A model generated the notes under the pieces. It did not search any database and was not told where the DNA came from. It worked only from the letters and a program-made list of their open reading frames with translations. A stretch of DNA of 64,000 nucleotides from an uncultured Mycobacteriaceae bacterium (lineage in GTDB: Bacteria; Pseudomonadota; Alphaproteobacteria; DSM-16000; Inquilinaceae). The stretch is from NCBI GenBank assembly GCA_964406375.1, contig CAYORM010000006.1, positions 14,167 to 78,166 on the forward strand. The letters run 5' to 3'. A program made the position numbers and the translations under genes. Positions 42,723 through 52,783 of the stretch are shown piece by piece. Each line of letters starts with the position of its first letter. Positions within the stretch are counted from its first letter, which is position 1.

Positions 42723-44291
42723 ATGAACTGGCGCATCTTTCGCGGCGTGATGATGGCCGCCGCGGCGACCATCGCTCTCGCCACCGCCCAGGCGACCGCT
42801 CAGACGCCCCCGGGCGTTCTGGTCGTGGGCCAGGTCGCGGAGCCGAAATCGCTCGACCCGCATGCCGTCACCAGCGTCAACGATTTCCGGATCCTGGTGA
42901 ACGTCTATGACGGGCTGGTGCGCTTCCGCGACGGCTCGCTCGACGTCGAGCCGGCGCTGGCCGAGAGCTGGGAGATCAGCGAGGACGGGCTGATCTACAC
43001 CTTCCATCTGCGTGATGGCGTGACCTTCCATGACGGCACGCCGCTCGACGCCGAGGCGGTGAAGTTCAACTTCGACCGCATGCTCGACGAGACGCATCCG
43101 TTCCACGCGACGGGTCCCTTCCCGCTCGCCTTCTTCTTCTCGTCGATCGTCGAGACGACGGTGGTCGACGAGGAGACGGTGCAGTTCCGGCTGGAAGAGC
43201 CCTACGCGCCGCTGCTCTCGAACCTCGCCTATCCGACGGGCCTGATCGTCTCGCCGGCGGCGGTCGAGGAGCATGGTGCCGATTTCGGCCGCCACCCGGT
43301 CGGCACCGGCGCGTTCCGCTTCGTCGAATGGGCCTCGAACGAGCGCGTCGTGGTCGAGGCGAATCCCGATTACTGGGATGGCGCACCCGGGCTCGAGGCG
43401 GTGGTGTTCCGGCCGATCACCGACGCCAATACCCGCACGACCGAGATGCTGGCCGGCGGCATCGACCTGATGGCCGAGGTGCCGCCCGACATGTTCCGCA
43501 GCTTCGCCGCGGACGACGCCTTCAAGACCTATGAGCAGGCCGGTCCCCATCTGTGGTTCCTGATCCTCAATACGCGCGAGGGTCCGTTCGCCGATGTCCG
43601 GATGCGCCAGGCGATCAACTACGCCATCGACAAGGAGGCGATCGTCGAGGATGTGCTGCAGGGCACCGCGACCGTCGCCGACAGCCCGATCCCGGAGGCG
43701 TTCTCCTGGGCACACAATGAGGAGCTCGAGCCCTATCCGCACGATCCGGACCGGGCGCGGGAGCTGATCGCCGAGGCCGGCTTCGAAGGAGCCGAACTGA
43801 CCTTCCTCGTCACCGAGGGCGGCTCGGGCATGCTCGACCCGGTGGCCATGGCGACGGCGATCCAGGCCGATCTCGCCGAGGTCGGGCTTCGGGTGACGAT
43901 CGAGACCTATGAGTGGAACACCTTCCTCGGGCTGGTGAATCCCGGCCTCGAGGGTAAGGGCGACATGGCCGAGATGGCTTGGATGACCAACGATCCGGAT
44001 ACGCTGCCCTTCCTGACGCTGCGCAGCGCGGCCTGGCCGGAGCACCAGGGCTTCAACTCCGGCTACTACGCCAATGAGGAGGTCGACCGGCTGCTCGAGG
44101 AGGCGCGCCGCGCCACCGACCAGGACGAGCGCGCCGCCCTCTACAAGGAGATGCAGGCGATCGTCTGGGAGGATGCACCCTGGGCCTTCATCGCCAATTG
44201 GAAGCAGAACGCGGTGTCCACCGCCGCGGTCGAGGGGTTCAGCCTGCAGCCCTCCTTCCTGATGCTGCTGCACGACGTCACCAAGCAGTGA
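42723..44291 (+). CDS. ABC transporter substrate-binding protein, family 5 (peptide/nickel type)
   Basis: MNWRIFRGVMMAAAATIALATAQA is a signal peptide. ..LVVGQVAEPKSLDPH.. and ..DGTPLDAEAVKFNFDR.. are DppA/OppA-like blocks. GAGGAGGG Shine-Dalgarno sequence. Confidence 0.88.
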   Translation: MNWRIFRGVMMAAAATIALATAQATAQTPPGVLVVGQVAEPKSLDPHAVTSVNDFRILVNVYDGLVRFRDGSLDVEPALAESWEISEDGLIYTFHLRDGVTFHDGTPLDAEAVKFNFDRMLDETHPFHATGPFPLAFFFSSIVETTVVDEETVQFRLEEPYAPLLSNLAYPTGLIVSPAAVEEHGADFGRHPVGTGAFRFVEWASNERVVVEANPDYWDGAPGLEAVVFRPITDANTRTTEMLAGGIDLMAEVPPDMFRSFAADDAFKTYEQAGPHLWFLILNTREGPFADVRMRQAINYAIDKEAIVEDVLQGTATVADSPIPEAFSWAHNEELEPYPHDPDRARELIAEAGFEGAELTFLVTEGGSGMLDPVAMATAIQADLAEVGLRVTIETYEWNTFLGLVNPGLEGKGDMAEMAWMTNDPDTLPFLTLRSAAWPEHQGFNSGYYANEEVDRLLEEARRATDQDERAALYKEMQAIVWEDAPWAFIANWKQNAVSTAAVEGFSLQPSFLMLLHDVTKQ

Positions 44292-44364
44292 TGATGGCGG
44301 GCGGGCGCTTCCGGTGCCCGCCCTTCATCTGCCGCCTGCCCGTTCCAGCCTCCCGACCGGCCGC

Positions 44365-45312
44365 ATGCTGCGCTACGCCGCAAGACGCCTCCTGATGATC
44401 GTGCCCGTGCTGTTCGGGATCTCGGTGATCGTGTTCCTGATCATGGCGATGATCCCCGGCGACCCGGCGCTCGCGATCCTCGGCGCCTTCGCCACGCCGG
44501 ACAACCTCGCCTCGCTGCGCGCCGATCTCGGACTCGACCGGCCGCTGATCGAGCGCTACCTGATCTGGCTGGGCAATCTACTGACCGGCGATTTCGGCCG
44601 CTCCTACAATCTGAACCGGCCGGTGATCGACGAAGTATTCGACCGGCTGGGGCCGAGCCTGATCCTCGCCGCCGCCGCGCTGTTCCTGTGCACGCTGCTG
44701 GGCGTTACCGCCGGGGTCGTGGCCGCGGTCCGCCAGTATGGCTGGCCCGACCGGGTGCTGACGCTTCTCGCGCTGGTCGGTATCTCCACGCCGTCCTTCT
44801 GGCTGGGGCTGATCTTCACGCTGCTCTTCTCGGTGGCGCTGGGCTGGTTCCCGGTCTCGGGGATGTATGCGATCTATGGCGGCGGCGATCTTCTCGACCT
44901 CGCCCATCATCTCGTCCTGCCCGCCCTCACCCTGGCGATCGTCGCGACCGGCGTGCTCGCCCGCGTCACCCGTTCCTCGATGCTCGAGGTGCTGCGGCAG
45001 GATCATGTGCGGACCGCCCGGGCGAAGGGGCTGCGCGAGCCTGCCGTCATCCGGCGCCACGCGCTGCGCAATGCGCTGGTCACCGTGATCCCGATGATCG
45101 GCCTGCAGGCAGGCTTCGTGCTCGGCGGGGCCGTCTATGTCGAGACGGTGTTCCAATGGCCGGGGCTCGGCCGGATGCTCGTCACCGCGATCTCAACCCG
45201 CGACGTGCTGCTGGTGCAGGGCGGCGTGCTGGTCGTCGCGACCGTCTATGTGCTGGTCAATCTGCTGACGGACATGGCACAGCACGCCATCGATCCGCGG
45301 ATCGCGACGTGA
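44365..45312 (+). CDS. ABC transporter permease (DppB-like)
   Basis: MLRYAARRLLMIVPVLFGISVIVFL.. is the canonical DppB N-terminus. ..VRTARAKGL.. is the EAA loop. Confidence 0.9.
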   Translation: MLRYAARRLLMIVPVLFGISVIVFLIMAMIPGDPALAILGAFATPDNLASLRADLGLDRPLIERYLIWLGNLLTGDFGRSYNLNRPVIDEVFDRLGPSLILAAAALFLCTLLGVTAGVVAAVRQYGWPDRVLTLLALVGISTPSFWLGLIFTLLFSVALGWFPVSGMYAIYGGGDLLDLAHHLVLPALTLAIVATGVLARVTRSSMLEVLRQDHVRTARAKGLREPAVIRRHALRNALVTVIPMIGLQAGFVLGGAVYVETVFQWPGLGRMLVTAISTRDVLLVQGGVLVVATVYVLVNLLTDMAQHAIDPRIAT

Positions 45313-47273
45313 GCGGCGTCGCCGTCTCGCCGGGCGAGGCGCCGCCGGAGGCCCGGCCGGTCGAGGGCCGGCCCTCCGCCTGGGCGCGGCTGCGGCGCAA
45401 CCGGCTCGCCTGGGGCGGGCTCTGGATCATCGTCGCGGTACTGGCGACCGCGCTCGCGGCGCCGATCCTGCCGCTGCCCGACCCGGACGTGACGGTGCCG
45501 TCGGACCGGCTGATGCCGCCCTTCTCGGCCGGCCACTTCCTCGGCACCGACCATCTCGGCCGCGACATGCTCGCACGCATCATCTGGGGAACGCGCGTCA
45601 GCCTCGCCGTCGGTCTCGCGGCAACGGCGGTCGCGGCTCTGGTTGGCTCGACGATCGGGCTCGTCGCCGGCTATCGCGGCGGCCGCACCGACAGCCTGCT
45701 GATGCGCGGCATCGACATGCTGATGGCCTTCCCCTACCTGCTGCTCGCCCTGGCGATCGTGGCGGCCCTCGGGCCGGGCCTGCTCAACGCCCTCTTCGCG
45801 ATCTCGATCGTCAACATCCCGTTCTTCGCCCGGGCGGTGCGCGGCGCGGTGCTGGCGACGGCGCGCGCCGATTACGTCGACGCCGCACGCATGGCCGGGA
45901 AGAGCGATGGTGCGATCCTTCTGGGCGAGATCCTGCCCAATGTCGCGCCGGTCATCGTCGTCACCGTCTCGACGACGATCGGCTGGATGATCCTCGAGAC
46001 CGCCGGCCTCTCCTTCCTCGGCCTCGGTGCCCAGCCGCCCCAGGCCGATCTCGGCTCGATGCTCGGTGACGGGCGGCGGATCCTCGTCAATGCCCCGCAT
46101 GTCGCCACCATCCCGGGCCTCGTCATCCTGGTGATCGTCGTCGCGGTGAACCTGCTGGGCGACGGTCTGCGCGACGTGCTCGACCCGCGGCTCAAGTCCG
46201 GGGCGATGCTGCGCCCGGCGGCACGCACCGCGACCGATCGCGACGCCGCGGCGAAGGCCGCCGCCACGGCGGAGGCGACACCGGTGACGGACGAGGCACC
46301 GCCGCCGCTTCTCACGGTGACGGGCCTCGACACGCGCTTTGAGATCGGCCGCAGCACCCACCGCGCGGTGCGCGACGTCGCGCTCCATGTCGGCCCCGGC
46401 GAGTGCCTGGGCATCGTCGGCGAGAGCGGCTCGGGCAAATCCGTCACCGCCATGTCGATCGCCGGGCTCGTGCCGACGCCGCCCGGCCGAATCGCCGCCG
46501 GCTCGATCCGCTTCGCCGGCGAGGAGCTGACGGCCGTGTCGCTCCACCGGCTGCAGGATCTGCGCGGCAATCGCATCGCCTATGTGTTCCAGGACCCGCT
46601 CACCACGCTGAACCCGCTGATCCCGGTCGGCGAACAGATCGCCGAGGCGATCCGCCGGCACCGCGACGTCAGCCGGGCGGAGGCGGCGCGCGCGGCCATC
46701 GCGGCGATGGAGAGCGTGCGCATCCCCGACCCCGCCCGCCGCGCCACCGCCTATCCGCACGCGCTGTCGGGCGGCATGCGCCGGCGCAGCGGCATCGCCA
46801 TGGCGCTCGCCAATGATCCCGATCTCGTGATCGCCGACGAGCCGACGACGGCGCTCGACGTGACCACCCAGGCGGAGATCCTGCGCCTCCTCAACCGGCT
46901 GCGACGCGAGCGCGGCATGGCGCTCATCTTCATCACCCATGATCTCGGCGTCGTCGCCGAGCTCTGCGACCGGGTGGTGGTGATGTATGCCGGCGAGATC
47001 GCCGAGACCGGTCCCGTCGCCGAGATCCTGGCGCGGCCGCGCCACCCCTATACCAGCCGGCTGCTCGCCTGCGTTCCGCGGTTGGGCTCGGCGGGCCGGA
47101 GCGTTGAGCCGATCCCGGGCCTGCCGCCGGCGGCCGACCGGCTGCCGCGCGGCTGCGCCTTCGCGCCGCGCTGCCATCTGGCGATCGAGGCCTGCCGCGG
47201 CGGCCCGATCCCCCTCGAGCCGGTGGCGCCCGGCCATGCGGCGCGCTGCATCCGTTGGGCCGAGCTGGCATGA
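45309..47273 (+). CDS. fused ABC permease (DppC-like) and ATP-binding protein (DppD-like), 654 aa
   Basis: GTG at 45309 forms a GTGA overlap with the DppB stop. The permease part runs to ..[13 protein letters not shown], followed by a 45-aa Ala/Thr linker. The ATPase part has [16 protein letters not shown] and [11 protein letters not shown]. There is no stop between the domains. The first 207 codons of track ORF 44688..47273 are out-of-frame shadow over dppB. Confidence 0.8.
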   Translation: MSGVAVSPGEAPPEARPVEGRPSAWARLRRNRLAWGGLWIIVAVLATALAAPILPLPDPDVTVPSDRLMPPFSAGHFLGTDHLGRDMLARIIWGTRVSLAVGLAATAVAALVGSTIGLVAGYRGGRTDSLLMRGIDMLMAFPYLLLALAIVAALGPGLLNALFAISIVNIPFFARAVRGAVLATARADYVDAARMAGKSDGAILLGEILPNVAPVIVVTVSTTIGWMILETAGLSFLGLGAQPPQADLGSMLGDGRRILVNAPHVATIPGLVILVIVVAVNLLGDGLRDVLDPRLKSGAMLRPAARTATDRDAAAKAAATAEATPVTDEAPPPLLTVTGLDTRFEIGRSTHRAVRDVALHVGPGECLGIVGESGSGKSVTAMSIAGLVPTPPGRIAAGSIRFAGEELTAVSLHRLQDLRGNRIAYVFQDPLTTLNPLIPVGEQIAEAIRRHRDVSRAEAARAAIAAMESVRIPDPARRATAYPHALSGGMRRRSGIAMALANDPDLVIADEPTTALDVTTQAEILRLLNRLRRERGMALIFITHDLGVVAELCDRVVVMYAGEIAETGPVAEILARPRHPYTSRLLACVPRLGSAGRSVEPIPGLPPAADRLPRGCAFAPRCHLAIEACRGGPIPLEPVAPGHAARCIRWAELA

Positions 47274-48283
47274 CGGACGCCCCCCCGCTCCTGTCGGCCG
47301 AGGGCGTCGTGCGGCGCTTCACCCTCGGCGGCGGGCTTTTCGGCCGGCGCGGCACGATTCAGGCGGTGCGCGGTGTCGATCTCGCCCTCGCGCGGGGCGA
47401 GACGCTCGGCATCGTCGGCGAGTCGGGCTGCGGGAAATCGACGCTGGCCCGCATGCTCGCCGGGCTCGACCATCCGACCGAAGGCACGATCCGGCTCGAC
47501 GGCACGCCGCTCGACGCGCTGCTGCGGCGCGACCGACGGGCCCTGCGCCGCCGTATCCAGTTCGTCTTCCAGGATCCGCTCGCCTCGCTCAACCCGCGCA
47601 AGACGGTCCGGCAGATCCTCGAGGCTCCGCTGCGGCACCTGCTGCGGATGCCCCGCGCCCAAAGGCGCGAGCGTGTCGCCGAGCTGATGGAGCTGGTCAG
47701 CCTTCGTCCCGAATTCGCCGACCGCTACCCGCATGAATTCTCCGGCGGGCAGAGCCAGCGGATCGGCATCGCTCGGGCGCTGGCCGTCGACCCCGACATC
47801 ATCGTGCTGGACGAGCCGGTCTCCGCCCTCGACGTCTCGATCCAGGCCCAGGTCATCCGCCTGCTCGACGAGCTCAAGCAGCGGCTCGATCTGACCTATG
47901 TCTTCATCAGTCACGACCTCGCGGTGGTCGAGACGCTCGCCGACCGCGTCGCCGTCATGTATCTCGGCCGGGTGGTCGAGGAGGCGCCGCGCGCCACGCT
48001 CTATGCGGCGCCGCGTCATCCTTACACCCGCGTGCTGCTCTCCTCCGTCCCGGTGCCGGAGGCCGCCGATCATCGTGCGATCCGGCTGACCGGTGATCCG
48101 CCGAGCCCGGCGGCGCCACCGCCCGGCTGCGCCTTCGCCGCACGCTGCTACCGCGCCGAAGCCTGCTGCCACACCGACGACCCGCCGCTGCGGCCGGTGA
48201 CCGATGCCGCCGGAACCCGCCACGCCGCCTGCCATTTCGCCGAAGACAGCGCCCCCCGCGCAGGCGACCTCGTCGCCGCCTGA
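47270..48283 (+). CDS. ABC transporter ATP-binding protein (DppF-like)
   Basis: GESGCGKST, FSGGQSQRIGIARAL, IVLDEPVSALD. ATGA overlap with the upstream stop. Confidence 0.9.
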   Translation: MTDAPPLLSAEGVVRRFTLGGGLFGRRGTIQAVRGVDLALARGETLGIVGESGCGKSTLARMLAGLDHPTEGTIRLDGTPLDALLRRDRRALRRRIQFVFQDPLASLNPRKTVRQILEAPLRHLLRMPRAQRRERVAELMELVSLRPEFADRYPHEFSGGQSQRIGIARALAVDPDIIVLDEPVSALDVSIQAQVIRLLDELKQRLDLTYVFISHDLAVVETLADRVAVMYLGRVVEEAPRATLYAAPRHPYTRVLLSSVPVPEAADHRAIRLTGDPPSPAAPPPGCAFAARCYRAEACCHTDDPPLRPVTDAAGTRHAACHFAEDSAPRAGDLVAA

Positions 48284-48303
48284 CCCCAGCCGCGAGACCT
48301 CCC

Positions 48304-49353
48304 ATGGGTCCCCTCGACATCGACCGCGACTATCTGCTCGACCTCCTGCGCCGCCTCATCGCAGTGCCGAGCCCGAGCGGCATGACCGACGCCGCGATCG
48401 AGCTGGTCGAGGCCGAGCTGGCCGAGATCGGCGTTTCCGGGACGCGAACCCGCCGCGGCGCCCTGCGGGCGCGCCTGGGTGGCGGCGCGGCACGCCGGGC
48501 GGTGGCGACCCATGTCGACACGCTCGGCGCCATGGTGCGGGCGATCAAGCCCTGCGGCCGGCTAGCGCTGCGTCCGATCGGGCACTGGTCGAGCCGGGCT
48601 GCCGAATACTCCCGCGCGACCGTCATCGGCGACACGGTGCGGCTGCGGGGCACGATCCTGCCGCTCAAGGCATCGGGCCACACCTTCAACGAGGAGGTCG
48701 ACCACCAGCCGGTCAGCTGGGATCAGATCGAGCTGCGCCTCGACACCGAGGCGACGGACGAGGCGGCGATGCGCGCGCTTGGCGTGGATGTCGGCGATTT
48801 CGTCGCGATCGATCCCGGCTTGGAGGTGATGCCGTCCGGGCACATCGTCAGCCGGCATCTCGACGACAAGGCCGGGGTCGCGGCGCTGATCGCCGCGGTA
48901 CGCGCGATCAGCACTGCGGGCGCCACCCCGGAGCCGGGCGTCGATCTGGTCTTCACCGTCACCGAGGAGATCGGCCATGGCGGATCGGGCGTCATCGGGC
49001 CGGAGATCGAGGAGATGGTGGCGATCGACAATGGCACGGTCGCGCCCGGCCAGCGCTCGGCCGAGACCGGCGTGACCATCGCCATGGCCGACACACAGGG
49101 GCCTTTCGACTACCGGCTGACCCGCCGCCTCGCCGGGCTGTGCCGCGACCACGGCATCCCCCATCAGCGCGACGTCTTTCGCTTCTACCGCTCGGACCTC
49201 GCCGCCGCCGTCGAGGCCGGGGCCGATGTCCGGACGGCGCTGGTCTGTTTCGGGGTCGATGCCTCGCACGGCTATGAGCGCACCCATATCGGCGCGCTCG
49301 AGGCGGTGGCCCGGCTGATGACGCTCTATATCCGCGGCGCCGAGGCCGGCTGA
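48304..49353 (+). CDS. M42 family metallopeptidase (glutamyl aminopeptidase/FrvX-like)
   Basis: ..SPSGMTDAAIE.., ..ATHVDTLGAMV.., ..HLDDKAGVAALI.., ..TVTEEIGHGG.. are M42 metal-ligand blocks. Confidence 0.82.
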   Translation: MGPLDIDRDYLLDLLRRLIAVPSPSGMTDAAIELVEAELAEIGVSGTRTRRGALRARLGGGAARRAVATHVDTLGAMVRAIKPCGRLALRPIGHWSSRAAEYSRATVIGDTVRLRGTILPLKASGHTFNEEVDHQPVSWDQIELRLDTEATDEAAMRALGVDVGDFVAIDPGLEVMPSGHIVSRHLDDKAGVAALIAAVRAISTAGATPEPGVDLVFTVTEEIGHGGSGVIGPEIEEMVAIDNGTVAPGQRSAETGVTIAMADTQGPFDYRLTRRLAGLCRDHGIPHQRDVFRFYRSDLAAAVEAGADVRTALVCFGVDASHGYERTHIGALEAVARLMTLYIRGAEAG

Positions 49354-49811
49354 CGGCCGCGGCCGGCCCGCCGCCCGGGCGGCGGCCGCGAGGCCGGCGT
49401 GACCGGCGGCGCCGGCGGGTGGGCGGGCGCTGCGAGATCCTCGATGATCGGGCAATCCGGCCGGTCGTCGCCATGGCAGTGGGCGGCGAGATGGGCGAGC
49501 GTGTCGACCATGCCTTCGAGCTCGGCGATCCGCCGCCGCAGCGCCGCGATCTGTTCCAGCGCCATCGCCTTGACGTCGGCACTGGCGCGGCTGCGGTCGC
49601 GCCACAGTGCGAGCAACGCCTGCATCTGCTCGACGGAGAAGCCGAGATCGCGGGCCCGCCGGATGAAGCGCAGCGTGTGCAGCTCCGTCTCGCCATAGAG
49701 ACGGTAGTTCCCGTCGCTGCGCCCCGCGGGCGCGATCAGCCCGACCGATTCGTAATAGCGGATCATCTTGGCCGAGATGCCGGTGGCCGCCGCCGCCTCG
49801 CCGATCGTCAT
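49326..49811 (-). CDS. cueR: MerR family Cu(I)-responsive regulator (CueR/HmrR-like)
   Basis: MTIGEAAAATGISAKMIRYYESVGLI.., with C-terminal metal loop CHGDDRPDC (CX7C). It has an unusually long Pro/Arg tail. It overlaps the upstream hydrolase gene by 4 nt. Confidence 0.8.
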   Translation of the reverse strand: MTIGEAAAATGISAKMIRYYESVGLIAPAGRSDGNYRLYGETELHTLRFIRRARDLGFSVEQMQALLALWRDRSRASADVKAMALEQIAALRRRIAELEGMVDTLAHLAAHCHGDDRPDCPIIEDLAAPAHPPAPPVTPASRPPPGRRAGRGRQPASAPRI

Positions 49812-50863
49812 GTGGTCTGCTCCTCTCGCGCCGCCCGCCGTCGCGCCGCACCGCGCCGGTCGGCCCCGGAAGGCAGGGCCGCACCGGGGGCGAGGATGAA
49901 GGTCGCGATGTCACGCTGCGGCGTGCGGCGGCCGAGATCGCGCAGCAGCAGGTGCCAGCCGCGGCTGTAGGAGGCGACGACGATCCCTTCGCGCGCCGCG
50001 GCCGGATGGTCGGTCATGGCTGCCGGCAGCGCCGCCAGAACCGCCTCCACCGAAGCCGGCGACAACACCTCCTCATGCTCGCCGAACAGGACCAGCGTCC
50101 GCAGCGCGAGGCGCGGGATCCGGTCATGGGCGACGGTCATCAGATCGACCAGCCCCGCGATGGTGTCGCCGCGCGTCTCGGCGATGTAGAGCGGGTCACG
50201 GCCCAGCGCGACCAGCATCGGGATGTTGTCGCTGGCCTGGATGTCGAGCCCCTCGCCCGTGAAGGTCATTGCCGGGAAGAAGGTGGAGACGAGCCACAGC
50301 GCCGCCTCCTCGGCCGGTCCCATCGCCTGCCGTCCCCAGGCGGCGGGCGCGACGAGGATCAGCCCGTCGGGCAGCGGCGCCCCCGGCTCGGTCGCCGCCA
50401 CCACCGCGACGGCGCCGCCCATGCTCTCGCCGAGCAGGAAGACCGGCACGCCGGGATGGCGGGCGCGGACCAGAGCAAGTGCCGCATGCGCATCGGCAAC
50501 CAGCGTCTCGGTGCCCGGCCAGATGCCGCGCCGCGCCGTCGCCCCGAAGCCGCGCTGGTCATAGGCGATCGTCGCGATCCCCAGCGCCGACCAAAAGGCG
50601 GCGGCATCGGCGAAACCGACGGCCCTGTCATTGGCACCGTGCAGCGCCAGCACCACCGCCCGCGGCCGCTCGAATCGCGGCGCGGCAGGCCAGACATGGA
50701 CCGGCAGGCGATAGCCGTCGGCGGTCAGGATCGCCGCGTCGTCCATCGCGGGATCGCGGATCGCCGGTCCCATCGGCTGGAGCGCGGCGCCGCAGCCCGC
50801 AACGGCGCCGCCCGCGAGCCCGCCGCCGAGAAGCGCCAGCAGCCGACGCCGCGCCAGGAGCAT
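49808..50863 (-). CDS. alpha/beta hydrolase (lysophospholipase/monoglyceride-lipase-like), probable lipoprotein
   Basis: N-terminus has RRR followed by ..AVAGC (lipobox). HG oxyanion motif (LALHGAND) and nucleophile elbow GESMGG. Confidence 0.8.
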   Translation of the reverse strand: MLLARRRLLALLGGGLAGGAVAGCGAALQPMGPAIRDPAMDDAAILTADGYRLPVHVWPAAPRFERPRAVVLALHGANDRAVGFADAAAFWSALGIATIAYDQRGFGATARRGIWPGTETLVADAHAALALVRARHPGVPVFLLGESMGGAVAVVAATEPGAPLPDGLILVAPAAWGRQAMGPAEEAALWLVSTFFPAMTFTGEGLDIQASDNIPMLVALGRDPLYIAETRGDTIAGLVDLMTVAHDRIPRLALRTLVLFGEHEEVLSPASVEAVLAALPAAMTDHPAAAREGIVVASYSRGWHLLLRDLGRRTPQRDIATFILAPGAALPSGADRRGAARRRAAREEQTT

Positions 50864-50871
50864 CCGGTGCC

Positions 50872-51864
50872 TCAGGCGGCTCGCGCCGCGCGCGAACCCG
50901 TGAGCTGCAGGAACACGTCCTCGAGATCGGTCTCGACGGTGGTGACGTCGGCGACGCCGATGCCGGCCGCCTCGAGCGCGCCGAGCACGTCACCGATGCG
51001 CGTCTCGCTCGGCCGGTAGCGCAGCTCGAGACGGAGCGGCGTCACGAGCTCCATCCCGCGCCGGCTGAGCGCCGGCGGCAGCGCCGCCACCGGCGCCGCC
51101 GGCGTGATGATCAGCGTCTTGGCGTCGACCGAACGCAGCAGGTTTTCGGTCGTGTCGAGGGCGGCGATGCGACCCTTGTCGATGATCGCGATCCGGTCGC
51201 AGAGCTCCTGCGCCTCCTCGAGGTAATGCGTGGTCAGCATCACCGTCGTGCCGGAGCGATTGAGCTGCCGGACATGCTGCCACAGGCTCTGCCGCAGCTC
51301 GATGTCGACACCGGCCGTCGGCTCGTCGAGCACCAGCACCGGCGGGGAGTGGACCATCGCCTTGGCCACCATCAGCCGCCGCTTCATGCCGCCGGACAGG
51401 GTGCGGGCATAGGCGTCGGCCTTGTCGCTCAGCCCGACCGCGGCGAGCAGCTCATCGGTGATGCGCGCGCTGCGCGGCACGCCGTAGAGGCCCGCCTGCA
51501 GGTCGAGAAGCTCCCGCGGCGTGAAGAAGGGGTCCATGTTGAGTTCCTGCGGCACGACACCGATCGAGCGCCGCGCCTGCCGCGCGTTCCGCTCGATCTC
51601 ATGGCCCCAGATCCACGCCTCGCCGCCGGATTTCACGACGAGGCCGGCCAGGATGTTGATCAGCGTCGACTTGCCGGCACCGTTCGGGCCGAGCAGCCCG
51701 AAGATCGAGCCGACCGGGATGTCGAGGTCGATCGGGTGGAGCGCCACCTTCTCCGGCTGCCGGGCGGAGGCGGCATAGGTCTTCGTCAGGCCGCGCAGGC
51801 GGACGGCGCTCTCGGGAGCGGAGGTTTCGGCGGAGGGATGCGGGTCGGCGGCCATGGAATGCAC
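50872..51864 (-). CDS. ABC transporter ATP-binding protein (ABC-2/DrrA-like), no cognate permease nearby
   Basis: GPNGAGKST, LSGGMKRRLMVAKAM, LVLDEPTAGVD. Confidence 0.88.
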   Translation of the reverse strand: MHSMAADPHPSAETSAPESAVRLRGLTKTYAASARQPEKVALHPIDLDIPVGSIFGLLGPNGAGKSTLINILAGLVVKSGGEAWIWGHEIERNARQARRSIGVVPQELNMDPFFTPRELLDLQAGLYGVPRSARITDELLAAVGLSDKADAYARTLSGGMKRRLMVAKAMVHSPPVLVLDEPTAGVDIELRQSLWQHVRQLNRSGTTVMLTTHYLEEAQELCDRIAIIDKGRIAALDTTENLLRSVDAKTLIITPAAPVAALPPALSRRGMELVTPLRLELRYRPSETRIGDVLGALEAAGIGVADVTTVETDLEDVFLQLTGSRAARAA

Positions 51865-52020
51865 CGGAAGGATCGCGCGGCAAACGCGCCGGAACGGGGT
51901 GTCGAAGCGACAACGGGACCTGGCTCTGCGCCAGGGGTCTAATGGCCAGGGTTGAACGGATCGGCGGCATGGGTATCATCCGGGCGCCGACAACGCCAGA
52001 CCAGGACCCGGTCACCAGCC

Positions 52021-52239
52021 ATGCCGCCCGACGCCACGAAGCCTGCCACCGGCCAGACCATCCCCGGTGGTGCACAGGACGTGGTCACGGTCACGCCCGA
52101 TGTCGAGACCGTCTCCTGCGATGGCGGGGGCGGTGCGCTCGGCCACCCCTTGACCTACTACACCTTCGGCGGCAGCGACGTGGTGATGTGCGGCTATTGC
52201 GGCCGCCGCTTCGTCAAGGCGGAGGGTGGACGGCACTGA
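52021..52239 (+). CDS. zinc-finger domain protein (COG4391-like, 72 aa)
   Basis: ..VSCDGGGGALGHPLTYYTF..VMCGYCGRRF.. The start is uncertain; the track uses the TTG at 51952. Confidence 0.6.
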   Translation: MPPDATKPATGQTIPGGAQDVVTVTPDVETVSCDGGGGALGHPLTYYTFGGSDVVMCGYCGRRFVKAEGGRH

Positions 52240-52281
52240 CCCGCGCGCGGGGCGGGCCCCGAGGGCGGACCGGAGGGAACC

Positions 52282-52779
52282 ATGTACCAGTCCTGGCGCG
52301 GATCGGCGCATGCCGCGTCGCCGGCCGAGATCGTCGAGACGGCGGTTCCCGAGGATGAGCGCGTCTGGGTGCCCCAGGCCGAAGGCGTCTGGTTCCGGCC
52401 GCTGCTGCTGAACACGCGTCAGGGGCAGTGGTGCAATCTCCTGCGCGTCCGCCGTGCCGGCGTGCTGAGCCGGCACGTCCATCCGAGCCCCGTCCATGGT
52501 TTCGTCGTCAAGGGCGCCTGGCACTATCGTGAGCACGATTGGGTGGCGCGCGAGGGAACCTATGTCTTCGAGCCGCCGGGCGAGATCCATACCCTCGTCG
52601 TTCCGGACGACGTGCCGGAGATGATCACCTTCTTCAACATCTCGGGCTGCATGGTCTATCTCGACCAGGACAATCGCCAGACCGGCTACGAGGACGTCTT
52701 CACCAAGATTGACATGTGCCGCCGGCATTACGAGGCGGTCGGTCTCGGCGGCGCGTTCGTCGAGCGCTTCATTCGCTGA
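52282..52779 (+). CDS. cupin, 2,4'-dihydroxyacetophenone dioxygenase family
   Basis: ..WVPQAEGVWFRPLLLNTRQGQWCNLLRV...LSRHVHPSPVHGFVVKGAWHY.EHDW.A..G.YVFEPPGE.HTL matches the DAD-family pattern as I recall it. Confidence 0.7.
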   Translation: MYQSWRGSAHAASPAEIVETAVPEDERVWVPQAEGVWFRPLLLNTRQGQWCNLLRVRRAGVLSRHVHPSPVHGFVVKGAWHYREHDWVAREGTYVFEPPGEIHTLVVPDDVPEMITFFNISGCMVYLDQDNRQTGYEDVFTKIDMCRRHYEAVGLGGAFVERFIR

Positions 52780-52783
52780 GCAC

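Noticed and set aside
44688-45308. The N-terminal 207 codons of the 861-aa track ORF 44688..47273
   Set aside because: This stretch lies out of frame over the DppB-like permease gene and translates to Arg/Pro-rich nonsense. The real gene starts at the GTG at 45309, which overlaps the DppB stop.
42063-47237. Minus-strand ORFs 42063..44273 (736 aa) and 45246..47237 (663 aa)
   Set aside because: They are antisense to the family-5 binding protein and to the permease-ATPase fusion. Their composition is dominated by Arg/Gly/Asp/His repeats, and the plus-strand products have canonical ABC motifs.
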